Source of the DNA: a virus | Reading direction: 5' to 3' (one strand) | Length of the DNA stretch: 63,750 bases | Virus record (IMG/VR): IMGVR_UViG_3300045988_109082 | In this document: piece by piece, positions 17,609-27,333 of the stretch | Layout of the letters: every line of letters begins with the position of its first letter | Position numbering within the stretch: the first letter of the stretch is position 1 | The notes under the pieces: generated by a model | Database searches by the model: none | Told to the model about the DNA's origin: nothing | What the model saw: the letters and a program-made list of their open reading frames with translations, nothing else | Made by a program: the position numbers and the translations under genes

Positions 17609-18099
17609 GTGCGGCTCCCCTCGGGAGGGACAGGCGGTTTCAACCCGTTGTCCTCGGTCGCATGGCCGATGCATCTCGCGGTGATGTTCCAATGGTGGGC
17701 GGCATCCGAGGCGTGACGCATCTCCATAGGCGGGCCGTCAACCTCGTAACAGGCGTTATCGAACCAGAACTGCGTGTTGATGTCCCCATGCCATTCCGGC
17801 GCGAGAACGATTGCCAGAGCATCCTCACGCAGGCCACCTGTCGATTGCGGCGTGGTATCCTGCGCCCAGTTCTTCGAAAACGTGCTGTTCTTATTGATTC
17901 GAGGCTCGAACGAGCAGTAACAGTAGGAGGCGTCCCCATCCGGCACCGTGCCGGCACCGTAGGGTGTCTCATACGGTTTCATCGGCTGCACCACGATCAT
18001 GTCGCGGTGCAGAAGATCATCCGTGATGCGGGGTTCTGTCTCCACGTCATCGAACAGGTGGGTCTCCTCGGGCTGCTCCCCGTCATACAGGTGGCTCAT
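17596..18099 (-). CDS. Head closure / head-tail adaptor protein
   Basis: 167 aa. Assigned by synteny between the capsid and tail genes. Confidence 0.6.
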   Translation of the reverse strand: MSHLYDGEQPEETHLFDDVETEPRITDDLLHRDMIVVQPMKPYETPYGAGTVPDGDASYCYCSFEPRINKNSTFSKNWAQDTTPQSTGGLREDALAIVLAPEWHGDINTQFWFDNACYEVDGPPMEMRHASDAAHHWNITARCIGHATEDNGLKPPVPPEGSRTWGT

Positions 18100-18101
18100 G
18101 G

Positions 18102-18542
18102 TCAGCCCCCGAAGCCGGGGTCGAAGCCGAGGCTGATGTGCCCGCCGCCCTGCGAACTGGTGTAGCCGGTGAGTATGGCCTTTTCGTCCTTTGCGACGAA
18201 CAATCGGGGACTGGGATTGTAGCCCGGAGTCACCGGCTGGTCATCGCGCCGCGTGTACGAGTAGTTGCCGTTCGATTCGGCATTGTACTTGTATTGGCGG
18301 GCGAGACGGAGAACCATATCGCATACCACGCCGGCGAAGTCCGATTCGCTCAGACGCCGCCTGCGCAGCCGCGCGTACACGTTCGGGCATTCGGCCATGC
18401 ACAGCAATGCGGCCTTACGGCACTGCTGCTTCACCCACGAATCGGGGAAACCGGTGTCCTTGTCGAACAGTTCCGGCTCCCCGGTCGCGTTGAGCCGCAT
18501 GTACTTCAACCAGTCGATGTTGTCGATAAGCGTCGTGGACAT
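18102..18542 (-). CDS. Head-tail connector protein
   Basis: 146 aa. First gene after the major capsid gene. Confidence 0.6.
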   Translation of the reverse strand: MSTTLIDNIDWLKYMRLNATGEPELFDKDTGFPDSWVKQQCRKAALLCMAECPNVYARLRRRRLSESDFAGVVCDMVLRLARQYKYNAESNGNYSYTRRDDQPVTPGYNPSPRLFVAKDEKAILTGYTSSQGGGHISLGFDPGFGG

Positions 18543-18557
18543 GCTGGCTCCTTAAGC

Positions 18558-19646
18558 TCAGCCGTTGAGGACGGTAGCCTTGAACGTGCTGTTGGACTGG
18601 ACGAGAACCGGCAGCATCGTGCCGTTCACGTAAGCCTCGTAGCCCGGCGTGGCGGACGGGATGTCGAGAATGGCTCCAATCGGGCCGGCGTCGTACTGGC
18701 GGCTGATGCCGTACACGGTGGACTGCTTGGCTTCGGCGGTCGGGCCGAGAGCCGTGTAGCCGAGGCCGGTGTCGTTCAGACCGGGCAGCAGCAGAACGGT
18801 GTTCTCCGGGAAGAAGGAGGCCACGCCGCCCGGCAGAATGATCTTCTGCTGGCGGGCGAACTCCTCATACGTCTCATCAACGAGCAGAACGTCGCTGATA
18901 TTCGCATAGGAGGAAAGAACGCCACGCACCTGGGCTTCGCCGATGAAGGCGGGCAGCATGTCCGACTGGGCCTGACCCGCGTAGAAGTACTTCATCACGG
19001 CGGCGTTCTCCATGAGCGTGTTCATGACCTTGCGGGTCGTGACCATGACGCGCGGGCGGGTGCCCTCGGCCTTGTACACGAGGTCGCTCCATTTGCGCAG
19101 GTCCTTGATCGGGTCGCTTGCAGCGTTGGACCACAGGTTGTTGGCCTTGAGTTCGACGGCGAGCGAGGCGTCTCGCGCGTAATCCCAGTTGGCGGTCAGG
19201 TTCGACTCGCCGATGCCGAGCTTGGCGTCCACGGCGACGGCGACGTTGGCCTTCTCCGTACGGTAGGCCATTTCGGTGCCGAGGCGGGCAAGTGCCTCAC
19301 GCAGCTCGTCGGAAGCCTCGGTGGCGGTGGCGGCGACACGTCCGGCTGCGATGTCGTGCTCGCTGATGCGGTGGCGCTTGCGCAGCGGCAGCATCTCCGT
19401 ATAGGATTTCTTGCCGCCACCGGTGGTCTTGTCATACGGGGCTTCGCTATCCCATGTCGAATACTTCATTTCCTCGACCTCGAAGCGCGGCTGGTTCGGA
19501 ACCCAGCTCACGTTCAGACCGGTCGGGTTCATCACATCCGGCAGAATCTTGCCGAACGGCAGAATCTCGCGCGTGGACTGATATGCGCCGAGCACGATGG
19601 CCGACGCCTCGGCGGGCGTGATGATGTCCTTGTTGATAAGGGCCAT
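18558..19646 (-). CDS. Major capsid protein (capsid protein E-like)
   Basis: 362 aa from MALINKDIITPAEA behind AAAGGAAC. Length, position after the scaffold, and overall pattern resemble the phage capsid-E family. Confidence 0.8.
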   Translation of the reverse strand: MALINKDIITPAEASAIVLGAYQSTREILPFGKILPDVMNPTGLNVSWVPNQPRFEVEEMKYSTWDSEAPYDKTTGGGKKSYTEMLPLRKRHRISEHDIAAGRVAATATEASDELREALARLGTEMAYRTEKANVAVAVDAKLGIGESNLTANWDYARDASLAVELKANNLWSNAASDPIKDLRKWSDLVYKAEGTRPRVMVTTRKVMNTLMENAAVMKYFYAGQAQSDMLPAFIGEAQVRGVLSSYANISDVLLVDETYEEFARQQKIILPGGVASFFPENTVLLLPGLNDTGLGYTALGPTAEAKQSTVYGISRQYDAGPIGAILDIPSATPGYEAYVNGTMLPVLVQSNSTFKATVLNG

Positions 19647-19666
19647 GATGTTCCTTTCGGGTATAA

Positions 19667-19690
19667 AAACCCGCCACATGGGGCGGGTTT
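19667..19690 (-). terminator. Strong hairpin plus U-run 20 nt upstream of the capsid start codon
   Basis: AAACCCGCC-ccaugu-GGCGGGUUUUUAU on the minus strand. Confidence 0.6.
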
Positions 19691-19709
19691 CAGAAACGAA
19701 TGATTAAGG

Positions 19710-20375
19710 TCACTTAGCGGCCATGACGCCGGCAGTGCGCAGATTGGCGAACAGGGTGTTGACCGCAGTGACGATGGCGGCGGCGTCGGCACTGGTTGCG
19801 AGGTTGGCGACGTTCGCGGCCTGCTTGACGCCACCCAGTGCGCTTGCAGTGGCGTTGGTCAGTTTGTAGGCCGGAGCGGTGCCGGCAGCGGACGGGGACA
19901 GCACCGTCACATCGCCGCCAGCGTCCTTGTCGTAGTCGAGAATAAGGCCCTCGAAAACGGTGCTTTCCGCCAGTGTGACCGGCAGGTTGTTGCGGTCGAT
20001 GACGGCCATGTAGCGCACGCCAGCGGTCGGATACTGGTCCTCGAAGCCGGAGCGCGTGAACACCACGTGCAGCTGGCTTTCAAGGAAACCGGCGACCTTG
20101 AGCTGGCGGCCATCGGTGGCGGTCGGGTCATACGGGCCGAACAGGCCGGTGCTGGTGACCTTGGCGACCGGAATGCCGGACTTCAGCCAGGCGTTGAAAT
20201 CATCCGGGTCGATGGAGGCGAAGTACTTCTGTTCCTTCTCCTTGTCGCCGGTGAACAGGCTCAGGTCAAGCTGCGCCTCACGAATGCCATCGGTGATGCG
20301 GTTGATAAGCCAGGACTGGTCGTCCTGCGGCACCGTATAGCCGGTGGTGTGAACCATTTCCACGGGTTTAGCCAT
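19710..20375 (-). CDS. Capsid-associated protein (decoration/accessory)
   Basis: 221 aa from MAKPVEMVHTTG behind AAGGAG. Lies between the scaffold and major capsid genes. Ala-rich C-terminus. Confidence 0.6.
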   Translation of the reverse strand: MAKPVEMVHTTGYTVPQDDQSWLINRITDGIREAQLDLSLFTGDKEKEQKYFASIDPDDFNAWLKSGIPVAKVTSTGLFGPYDPTATDGRQLKVAGFLESQLHVVFTRSGFEDQYPTAGVRYMAVIDRNNLPVTLAESTVFEGLILDYDKDAGGDVTVLSPSAAGTAPAYKLTNATASALGGVKQAANVANLATSADAAAIVTAVNTLFANLRTAGVMAAK

Positions 20376-20386
20376 TGGGGTTCTCC

Positions 20387-20944
20387 TTACTTTTTGTCGT
20401 TGTTGATGGACGCGAACTTGCGCCCGTAATCGTATGCGGCAGTCAATCCGCCACTGGCCGTCGAACCTTGAGGATGAGGCGCCGTATGGCTGTATCCCTC
20501 CAATACGGAGGCGGGCAGGGGCTGCTGCTGTTCTTCTTTCTTCCCCTCGTCGGCAACCGTTTCGGTCTGCGCGGGAAGAATGAACTGGGATGCGTTCTTC
20601 GCCCACTCCTCGATGGCCTCGGCGTCCGCGTCCTTGGGTGCAAGGGCGGCGAACACCTCATCGGTGAGCTGCGGGTATGCGGCCTGCGCCTTGAGCTTGG
20701 CGATCTGGGTCTGAGCCTGCGCGTACTGGTACTCCACGTCGGCCAGCTTGCTTTCCGCATCGGTGGCGCGCTTCAGGTTCGCGTGGCTCTTCTTCTCGTT
20801 CTCGCGGCTCATGGCCTGCCACATGGACACCTTGTCGGCAAGGTCGTTGCTGTCGGCCTTAGGCGTGGTGTCGTTCTGTTCGCCCGTTCCGGGCTCACCG
20901 TCCACGGTCGTTTCGACGATGGGGGTGTTTTCGTTGTCAGCCAT
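20387..20944 (-). CDS. Scaffolding protein
   Basis: 185 aa, acidic, coiled-coil core (KLADVEYQYAQAQTQIAKLKAQ). Assigned by synteny. Confidence 0.7.
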   Translation of the reverse strand: MADNENTPIVETTVDGEPGTGEQNDTTPKADSNDLADKVSMWQAMSRENEKKSHANLKRATDAESKLADVEYQYAQAQTQIAKLKAQAAYPQLTDEVFAALAPKDADAEAIEEWAKNASQFILPAQTETVADEGKKEEQQQPLPASVLEGYSHTAPHPQGSTASGGLTAAYDYGRKFASINNDKK

Positions 20945-20974
20945 CAGGGATGGTTCCTTTCAACTTGGTTGCTG

Positions 20975-22045
20975 TTACGCGGCAAGGCGAAGCCTCGCCC
21001 TGAGTTGTTGCGCGAACGCAAGGTTTGACGCCAGCGCCTGTTTCAGGTGCGGCGAAGGTTCGAAATGGTAGGTGTGCTCCTCGTAGCGGAAGTGTTCGGC
21101 CTCTCCGGTCGATTCGACCTTCCGGTAGTATGCGGTGAACACGTTGGCTCTCTCCAACATTCGTTGAATCTGCTCCCGTGTCATATCCGCGTCGGGCTGA
21201 TGCCAGTCCACGTCCTTGCGGGGCTTGACATCCTTGGCGCTCAATACGGGGCCTATCTCGCTGTTGGTGAGGGTAAGCACGCGGGTCTGCCGGAGTTTCG
21301 CGGATGCGGTGCCGCCCGCCTCCTTGTAGATGCGTTTCAGGTCATCGTCGTTGAGTCTCAGACCGGGGTCGTTGTCTCCGACGATGGGGAGCACGGTGCA
21401 ATGGCAGTTGCCGTGCAAAGGCATGAGCGCGGCTATCGAATACACCCTGTCGGCTGCGACCACGCACAAGCCGCACGTGCCCGTCTTGGACAGTTCCGGG
21501 TGGATGATGCGCCGGTATCTCGTGACGCCGGACTTACGGTATCGTTCCAACGTGGCATGGGTTCCGGCGATCATGGAATCAGTGTCGATGATGTCGATAA
21601 GACGCTCGTTCGCCTCTTTCAGCCACCTGTCAACGGAACGCTGCGCGTCGGCCTCAAGGTTCTCCCACGCGGACGGGCGCAAGTGAGGCTCCTTACTGGA
21701 AGCGTCCCTGTAGGATTCCACGGGGCGGAGCATCATCTTCCACGGGTCCGTGTTGTCCCTGACCACCTCGAACTCCGGGAGCTGACCCTGCGCGGTGGCG
21801 CCGACAAGTCCGAGCGTGATGTCGGCATAGGCTATGCCAAGTCGGCGCATACGCTCCACGAACGCCATATACCGTGAGGTCAGGTTAGCCGACGCGCCCT
21901 GCGTGATGGCATCGTTCCACCAGTCGGCGGGGGACAGGCTCTGCCACATCTTCCATGCGGCGGTCACGTATTCCTCGACCAGTCGGGCGCGTTCGCGCTC
22001 GTACCGGCTCATGCGCTGGTTGAGAATCTGGGTGATGCCGGCCAT
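20975..22045 (-). CDS. Head morphogenesis protein (MuF / SPP1 gp7-like)
   Basis: 356 aa directly after the portal (ATGA overlap). Motif GTCGLC...LHGNCHCTVLP resembles the MuF family H.NCRC signature. Confidence 0.7.
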   Translation of the reverse strand: MAGITQILNQRMSRYERERARLVEEYVTAAWKMWQSLSPADWWNDAITQGASANLTSRYMAFVERMRRLGIAYADITLGLVGATAQGQLPEFEVVRDNTDPWKMMLRPVESYRDASSKEPHLRPSAWENLEADAQRSVDRWLKEANERLIDIIDTDSMIAGTHATLERYRKSGVTRYRRIIHPELSKTGTCGLCVVAADRVYSIAALMPLHGNCHCTVLPIVGDNDPGLRLNDDDLKRIYKEAGGTASAKLRQTRVLTLTNSEIGPVLSAKDVKPRKDVDWHQPDADMTREQIQRMLERANVFTAYYRKVESTGEAEHFRYEEHTYHFEPSPHLKQALASNLAFAQQLRARLRLAA

Positions 22046-23670
22046 CAGAACGTCTCCACGCCGTCGAGACTGGTGACGCTATCGGAAACGCCGTCGCCGT
22101 TCTCGTCGCCGTTCAAACCGTTAACGGCGGACTGGGTGGTTTCATCCCATCCGGTCGCCGGCTGCACGGCGCCCTGCAGTACGGGCTGACCGGCCGATTG
22201 GTCGGAGAATGTCAACTGGTCGGACATGCGATTCATGTCATCCTCGGCTATATCCTGAGCTGTGAAACCGAAGTCATGGGTGAGAACCGTGCGGCGGGCC
22301 ATCAGACCGGACTGGTATTTCAGCTGGCCGGATTGGGCGAGTTCCAGACTGCTCGTGGACACCATGGGCTTCCACATCAGCTCGAAATCGTCCTCGGCGG
22401 CGCTGCCCTCGCCGTTCAACGTCAACGCCATGCGAATCATGCGTCCGATGGCCTCGGACGCGAGGGCGTTCAGGTTCTCGACCTTGAACCGCAGCGTCTC
22501 GCGCTTCAACTCGGCACCGTTGGCGGAACCCTGCACGTCAGGGCTGAGAATATCCAACGGGATGCCGGCAGTGGCCGCAAGATGCTTGATGTCGGCGTTG
22601 ATGACGTTCTGCAAGCCATTCAGATCGGTGGTCTGAGACTCCCATATATCCACGCCGTCCGGCAGGTTCCATAGTGCTGCGGGACCCATGGCGAACCTTT
22701 CAGAAAGGTCGATTGGGTCACCCTCATCCTTCAAGCCCTGAATGACCTCGATATCCTCAGGGCCGTATTCAAGGTTGATGTCGCCTTTGATGGCGCGTTG
22801 GCGGAACGCCTGCATCATGGTTATGCACAGGCGGTCGAAAATCTGACGGTCGATACGGCGCAGAGTATCAAGAAAAGGCTCGAACATGCCCATGCCGTCC
22901 GGCGTTGGCAGTTTGACCACCGGAAGGCTTTCGCAGGCTAGAGCGTAATCGTAGGTCTCATCGCCCTGTGCCCACTCCCAAGTGTTGCCCGGCTCCCATG
23001 CCTTGCCTTCTATGGCGAGCTGTGCCACGGCCTCGTCATCGTCGGGGTCAGTCACCGTGCGTTCGCTCTCGCGCGTGGCGAGCTTGGAATACACACGTTT
23101 GATATTGCCGGCTTCGTCGCGTTCCATGCTGAACAAGCGAATGTTCTCGACCCCATCACGGGCGTCATAGCTGTAATGGATGGCCGAATCTTCATCATCC
23201 GACATGTAGCAGCACCAAGGGCTCCACGCCTGCACCAGCTTCTTCCCGCGCCCCTTGTTCACAAAGCCGTAGGAGGCGCCGTAATCCGCAGTGTCGGGGA
23301 ACAGGTGGCAGCGCAGCAGCGTGTCCATCATGCAATCCCTGTACATGGCGTCGGCGGCGGTGTCCTTCACCTTATCGTCGGATATCTTGCGGAAACCGTT
23401 CGGACGCTGACGGTCGGTCACGCTTTCGCTGATACGGCGAGCCAGATTCAACGTGCCTATCTCGCGCATGGTGCGGTACACGGGAGCCGCGTTCGGGCTT
23501 GTGCTGCCGGGCACGCTCGTGGAGTCCACAAGCTCCTTGCCGTCCTTGTACTGTTTCAGAACGGCGAGCATGGGAAGCCTGCGCCCCCAAGCCGTAGCAA
23601 GCTGGGTGAGGTTCCAGGCATCCGTATCCTCGACGGTCGCGTTCCTGATGGCAAGCTGCACGTCGGGCAT
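22045..23670 (-). CDS. Portal protein
   Basis: 541 aa between TerL and the MuF-like gene. Confidence 0.85.
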   Translation of the reverse strand: MPDVQLAIRNATVEDTDAWNLTQLATAWGRRLPMLAVLKQYKDGKELVDSTSVPGSTSPNAAPVYRTMREIGTLNLARRISESVTDRQRPNGFRKISDDKVKDTAADAMYRDCMMDTLLRCHLFPDTADYGASYGFVNKGRGKKLVQAWSPWCCYMSDDEDSAIHYSYDARDGVENIRLFSMERDEAGNIKRVYSKLATRESERTVTDPDDDEAVAQLAIEGKAWEPGNTWEWAQGDETYDYALACESLPVVKLPTPDGMGMFEPFLDTLRRIDRQIFDRLCITMMQAFRQRAIKGDINLEYGPEDIEVIQGLKDEGDPIDLSERFAMGPAALWNLPDGVDIWESQTTDLNGLQNVINADIKHLAATAGIPLDILSPDVQGSANGAELKRETLRFKVENLNALASEAIGRMIRMALTLNGEGSAAEDDFELMWKPMVSTSSLELAQSGQLKYQSGLMARRTVLTHDFGFTAQDIAEDDMNRMSDQLTFSDQSAGQPVLQGAVQPATGWDETTQSAVNGLNGDENGDGVSDSVTSLDGVETF

Positions 23671-23681
23671 GGGCTAACCTC

Positions 23682-25562
23682 CTAATAGATGCGAATGGGC
23701 GCGCGACGCCTCTTCTCCTCGGCTATCTCCAGATAGCGGGCGCGTGCGCGGTATGCGAGAATGCCCGCGACGCAGGCATCGATCTTGTTCGGGCTGGCCG
23801 GTGATTCCTTGAGAATCTTGTAGCCATACGATTTGTCCGCCCGGCGCGGATGCCGGAAATGGTTGACGAGCCTCGGGTCGGCAAGCAACGCGATGCTGTT
23901 CAACGCTGGCTTTCTGCCTTCCGGCTCCTCATACGGGTAGCGGAAACCTGTGGCCGCGTTCTCCGTGGCCTGATACATCTCGTTCTTCCAGTTGTTCGTA
24001 TAGAACTTGACGAGATCGCCGTTCTTGCGGGGGCCGACCTTCAGTTTCTTCCCGTAGTCCTTCTCCCAAGCGCCTATCATCGACTCGAAGAAGGCCGCGT
24101 CGGCAAAGAAGCCGACCACGTTGTACTTGTCGAGCATGTCTCTGGCGGCTTGGTCGAAAGCGTCACGGTCAACCCTCCACGTGGCCTTCTCCGGCCCGTC
24201 CGGGCATTGCTCCAGCTTGATAAGGAACAGCATGCCATCGGACACCCTGCAACCAACGAGGGCTGTGGAGTCCTTCGACACGGAACCGTCGAAGCCGAGC
24301 GTTATCGGCTCCTTCTTGGTGACGAATTTCTGCCAAGCGGTTTCGAGCTTGCGGGAACCCAGATAACCGGCCATCTCGTCCTTGTACAGGACATGGGATT
24401 GAATGTCGGACTCCCTGAGCCAAGCGTTCTGCACGCTGGAAAGATTGTTCAGGAAGTAGCGAATCGAATCTGCGGGATCGGTGTCCGGCTGATAGATCTG
24501 GTCAAGCTGACCATCCAACGTCAACCACCCGTCCTTGGACGGGCCAAGCTCGCCATCGGTCAGCGAATAACGGCCATCGGCGCTCAGACCGGTCTTGTTC
24601 TCAATCGGCACGTCGGTACCGTCCTTGAGAATGATATGGTCCTTCCCATCAGGGCTTTTCAAGGATTGACCGTAGGCAATCTCAAGAGCCTTGGTCATCT
24701 TCTTCTCGTCCGAGAAGTCCTCCACGTCCAACGTCGCGTACACATGGTCGAAGTAGATGCCGGCACGATGCTTGATTCGTCCTGCGGCCACATCCCACGC
24801 ATACTTGTACGACGCTTCAGCGATACTGCCCTCACCGGGACGGTACATCGTGGAGGTCTCCATCATGAACGTGCCAGCGGTACCGGCACGCTTGCCGAGG
24901 TTACGGGCCACGGTCTTGTACACGTTCCACAGCTTCGGCTGCACCATAAGATGCGTCTCGTCGGCAAGACCACAGGTGGTCAGCTTTCCATCCTGACTGG
25001 AAGCGCCAGAAGTGATGGGCATGATGATTCCGCCCTCGGGAAGCATGATACGGGTCGTGCCCACATCCATGCCCATGCCCTTCCAATCGGACAAGGGGCC
25101 GGAATCGCAGTTGTAGTAGATGGACTCGAACACGTTGCCGGCCTGCTGTTCGGAATTGGCCAAGCACACGACCTCGGGTTGGGTGACAGGCTTGCCCACA
25201 GGCTCACCCTCGCGATACTCGTATGTCTCACCCATGAACGTGTAGGTCTCGCCCTCACGCGCCCAATGGTCGAAACGACAAGGACCGAAACCCTCGAACA
25301 TGCCAACACCAGCGGCCTTGCCCGACTTGTCGCGACCCTTGGCTCGGGAAAGGAACAGACGATTGAACTTGCGTTTGCCATTCCTCTTCAACGCATAGGC
25401 GCCGACCATGAACTGGTACTCGTCCAAATCGAAATGCATAGGCAATCCGATGCCGTCGCCACGACCGATAAGCGTGAACGTCTCAATCCACCACACCGCC
25501 AGATGACCGAGGGAATGATCGTACTCCCACTGCGTCAGCTGGGGAATAATGTCATGCGCCAC
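23682..25562 (-). CDS. terL: Terminase large subunit
   Basis: 626 aa. FLSRAKGRDKSGKAAGVGM resembles a Walker A region. Assigned by synteny with TerS and the portal. Confidence 0.85.
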   Translation of the reverse strand: MAHDIIPQLTQWEYDHSLGHLAVWWIETFTLIGRGDGIGLPMHFDLDEYQFMVGAYALKRNGKRKFNRLFLSRAKGRDKSGKAAGVGMFEGFGPCRFDHWAREGETYTFMGETYEYREGEPVGKPVTQPEVVCLANSEQQAGNVFESIYYNCDSGPLSDWKGMGMDVGTTRIMLPEGGIIMPITSGASSQDGKLTTCGLADETHLMVQPKLWNVYKTVARNLGKRAGTAGTFMMETSTMYRPGEGSIAEASYKYAWDVAAGRIKHRAGIYFDHVYATLDVEDFSDEKKMTKALEIAYGQSLKSPDGKDHIILKDGTDVPIENKTGLSADGRYSLTDGELGPSKDGWLTLDGQLDQIYQPDTDPADSIRYFLNNLSSVQNAWLRESDIQSHVLYKDEMAGYLGSRKLETAWQKFVTKKEPITLGFDGSVSKDSTALVGCRVSDGMLFLIKLEQCPDGPEKATWRVDRDAFDQAARDMLDKYNVVGFFADAAFFESMIGAWEKDYGKKLKVGPRKNGDLVKFYTNNWKNEMYQATENAATGFRYPYEEPEGRKPALNSIALLADPRLVNHFRHPRRADKSYGYKILKESPASPNKIDACVAGILAYRARARYLEIAEEKRRRAPIRIY

Positions 25563-26007
25563 CGTTCACCACCCTCAACTGACGGCGGCGACGGTCAACA
25601 TCCTCCTTCACCGCCTCGCCACGGGTTTCCGGGCGACCGGTTCCGGTACTCATATCATCAGCCTCAATGGCCTCGATCTTCGCCTTGATGCGGGCGGCGG
25701 GCGTGATAAGAAACGAGTCCTCACGCTGACGAATCTCAGCGGCCATCACCGCAGAAGGCTTCGACATACGCCAGTAATCATCCTTCAGCTTCGCCAAATC
25801 CATCAGCGAAAACCAGTCGGCCTCCATGCCCATGCGCGGAGCCATAGGCCCCGTCTGCATCGACTTGTACCAGCGTTTCGTCAAGTCAAGCCACTCACGC
25901 CCATCAGGACGAGTCGCGGGCAAGTCCAGACCCATCACGGTATCAGGACTCTTCAAAACCATATTCCTACCGGCCTTGCTACGACCGGAATGACCATTGC
26001 CAGCCAT
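25552..26007 (-). CDS. terS: Terminase small subunit (P27-like)
   Basis: 151 aa. N-terminal MAGNGHSGRSKAG... and FLITPAARIKAKIE are typical of P27-family small terminases. Confidence 0.7.
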   Translation of the reverse strand: MAGNGHSGRSKAGRNMVLKSPDTVMGLDLPATRPDGREWLDLTKRWYKSMQTGPMAPRMGMEADWFSLMDLAKLKDDYWRMSKPSAVMAAEIRQREDSFLITPAARIKAKIEAIEADDMSTGTGRPETRGEAVKEDVDRRRRQLRVVNGGA

Positions 26008-26059
26008 GCTTCAACCCCATTCCGCCCGTTCCGGGCACGCCGAAGCCAAGGCATTCCGC

Positions 26060-26572
26060 CTACAGGCAACGGTTATGGACTAGAAGTCGGTTCGCCAAAG
26101 TCGCCTGACGCGACTTCTCCAAAGGAACCTTCCACTTAAACGCCGGACCATCAGGCCCGAAAGAATCAACATCGACCCTCTTGCCGCACACAGCGCACAC
26201 GCCATCGCATTCCGCGATGACATCCGCGTCGGTGAACGACTCCACCCGAATATCCGGCTCGATATCCTCGGCCTCGACCTGCTTGACGAACAAGGGGGTT
26301 TCCGGATTGGGGGGATACTTCACAGGGTCTTTATCCGACAGCCGCTTGTACTTGCTGCGATGCCTGCCGGAACAGAAAATCTGGTCAACACGAGACGGTT
26401 GAAAATAATGGCCTATAGGACACAAACGGGTACGAAACGGGATAATCGGACTCCCCGCATACCGGTCACGGTCATAATGATGACGGCACAAGCCGCGCGC
26501 ATACACCGTATTCCCGCAGCCGGCCACCATGCATACATAGCCGCTCACTGAAACGCCGGATGCGAATACCAT
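26060..26572 (-). CDS. Zn-binding HNH-like endonuclease
   Basis: 170 aa. GCGNTVYARGLCRHHYDR motif, plus C-terminal CAVCGK...HNRC. Start uncertain (26572 or the ATG at 26530). Confidence 0.6.
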   Translation of the reverse strand: MVFASGVSVSGYVCMVAGCGNTVYARGLCRHHYDRDRYAGSPIIPFRTRLCPIGHYFQPSRVDQIFCSGRHRSKYKRLSDKDPVKYPPNPETPLFVKQVEAEDIEPDIRVESFTDADVIAECDGVCAVCGKRVDVDSFGPDGPAFKWKVPLEKSRQATLANRLLVHNRCL

Positions 26573-26880
26573 TGCTCTTCCTTCCGGCGTTCACGATTCA
26601 TGCGCCGCTGCTCAGCGGACTCCTGCGCGGTTTTCTGCGAATGATGGTACGGGCACAAGGCCCACAGATTCGACGGGGAATCATCATCGGGCTCACCGTT
26701 CTTCGCGCGAACCTTATGATCGACCTCATTGGCCGAATAGCCGCAAATATGCTTTGCCCCCGTATGCCAATCAGTCACAATCCACTGGCATCGATAGCGG
26801 TCCCGCTCCAATATCTGCTTGCGGGTCCGCTCCCATCCGGGGTTGAACCGTGCATTACGGTTGGAAGATGACCAAGCCAC
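26545..26880 (-). CDS. HNH endonuclease (terminase-associated)
   Basis: 111 aa behind TAAGGAG. Motifs DRYRCQW...EVDHKV...NLWALCPYHH. Confidence 0.85.
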   Translation of the reverse strand: MAWSSSNRNARFNPGWERTRKQILERDRYRCQWIVTDWHTGAKHICGYSANEVDHKVRAKNGEPDDDSPSNLWALCPYHHSQKTAQESAEQRRMNRERRKEEQWYSHPAFQ

Positions 26881-26991
26881 GATGACTCCTTACACGTAGG
26901 GGGCGGAGCCGGTGGGAGCGTGGCGAGCGAGCATTCCAACGGGGTTAATCCAAATACAGGGGATGTTGGTCCACGAGCCACCGGCTCCTAG

Positions 26992-27062
26992 AGGCAATCC
27001 CGAGAATCGAACTCGAACCTGCGCTTTACGAGAGCGCCGCTCTTCCAATGAGCTAGAATGCC
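26992..27062 (-). tRNA. tRNA-Thr (anticodon CGT)
   Basis: Hand-folded 71-nt cloverleaf. Acceptor GGCATTC/GATTGCC with one U-U mismatch. Anticodon arm GCGCT-CTCGTAA-AGCGC. T-arm TCGAG-TTCGATT-CTCGG. No encoded CCA. Confidence 0.8.
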
Positions 27063-27188
27063 ATGCCTCCCACTAGGGGAGCGCTGTTCAGTTATCGCCG
27101 CACGGCATGGCATGAAGCCGCCGCCGACATCCGGCGATGACCCAAGAAGCCGTCACCGCCTGTAATCGCCTCTTCTTGAAGGCGTTGT

Positions 27189-27260
27189 GGTACCGGAGTG
27201 GACTCGAACCACCGACCCTATGACCGTAGCCATACGCTCTAGCCGCTGAGCTACCGGCAT
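27189..27260 (-). tRNA. tRNA-like gene with a one-nt-short anticodon loop (reads best as Arg-ACG)
   Basis: 72 nt. Good D-arm (GCTC-AGCGGCTA-GAGC) and T-arm (GGTGG-TTCGAGT-CCACT). Acceptor has an A1-C72 mismatch. The anticodon stem TATGG/TCATA encloses only 6 nt (CTACGG). Confidence 0.55.
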
Positions 27261-27262
27261 CG

Positions 27263-27333
27263 CATACCCGGTGAGAATCGAACTCACGTCACCGGTTTTG
27301 GAGACCGGTACTCTACCATTGAGCTACGGGCAT
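27263..27333 (-). tRNA. tRNA-Trp (anticodon CCA)
   Basis: 71-nt cloverleaf. Acceptor ATGCCCG/CGGGTAT. Anticodon arm CCGGT-CTCCAAA-ACCGG. T-arm GTGAG-TTCGATT-CTCAC. Confidence 0.85.
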
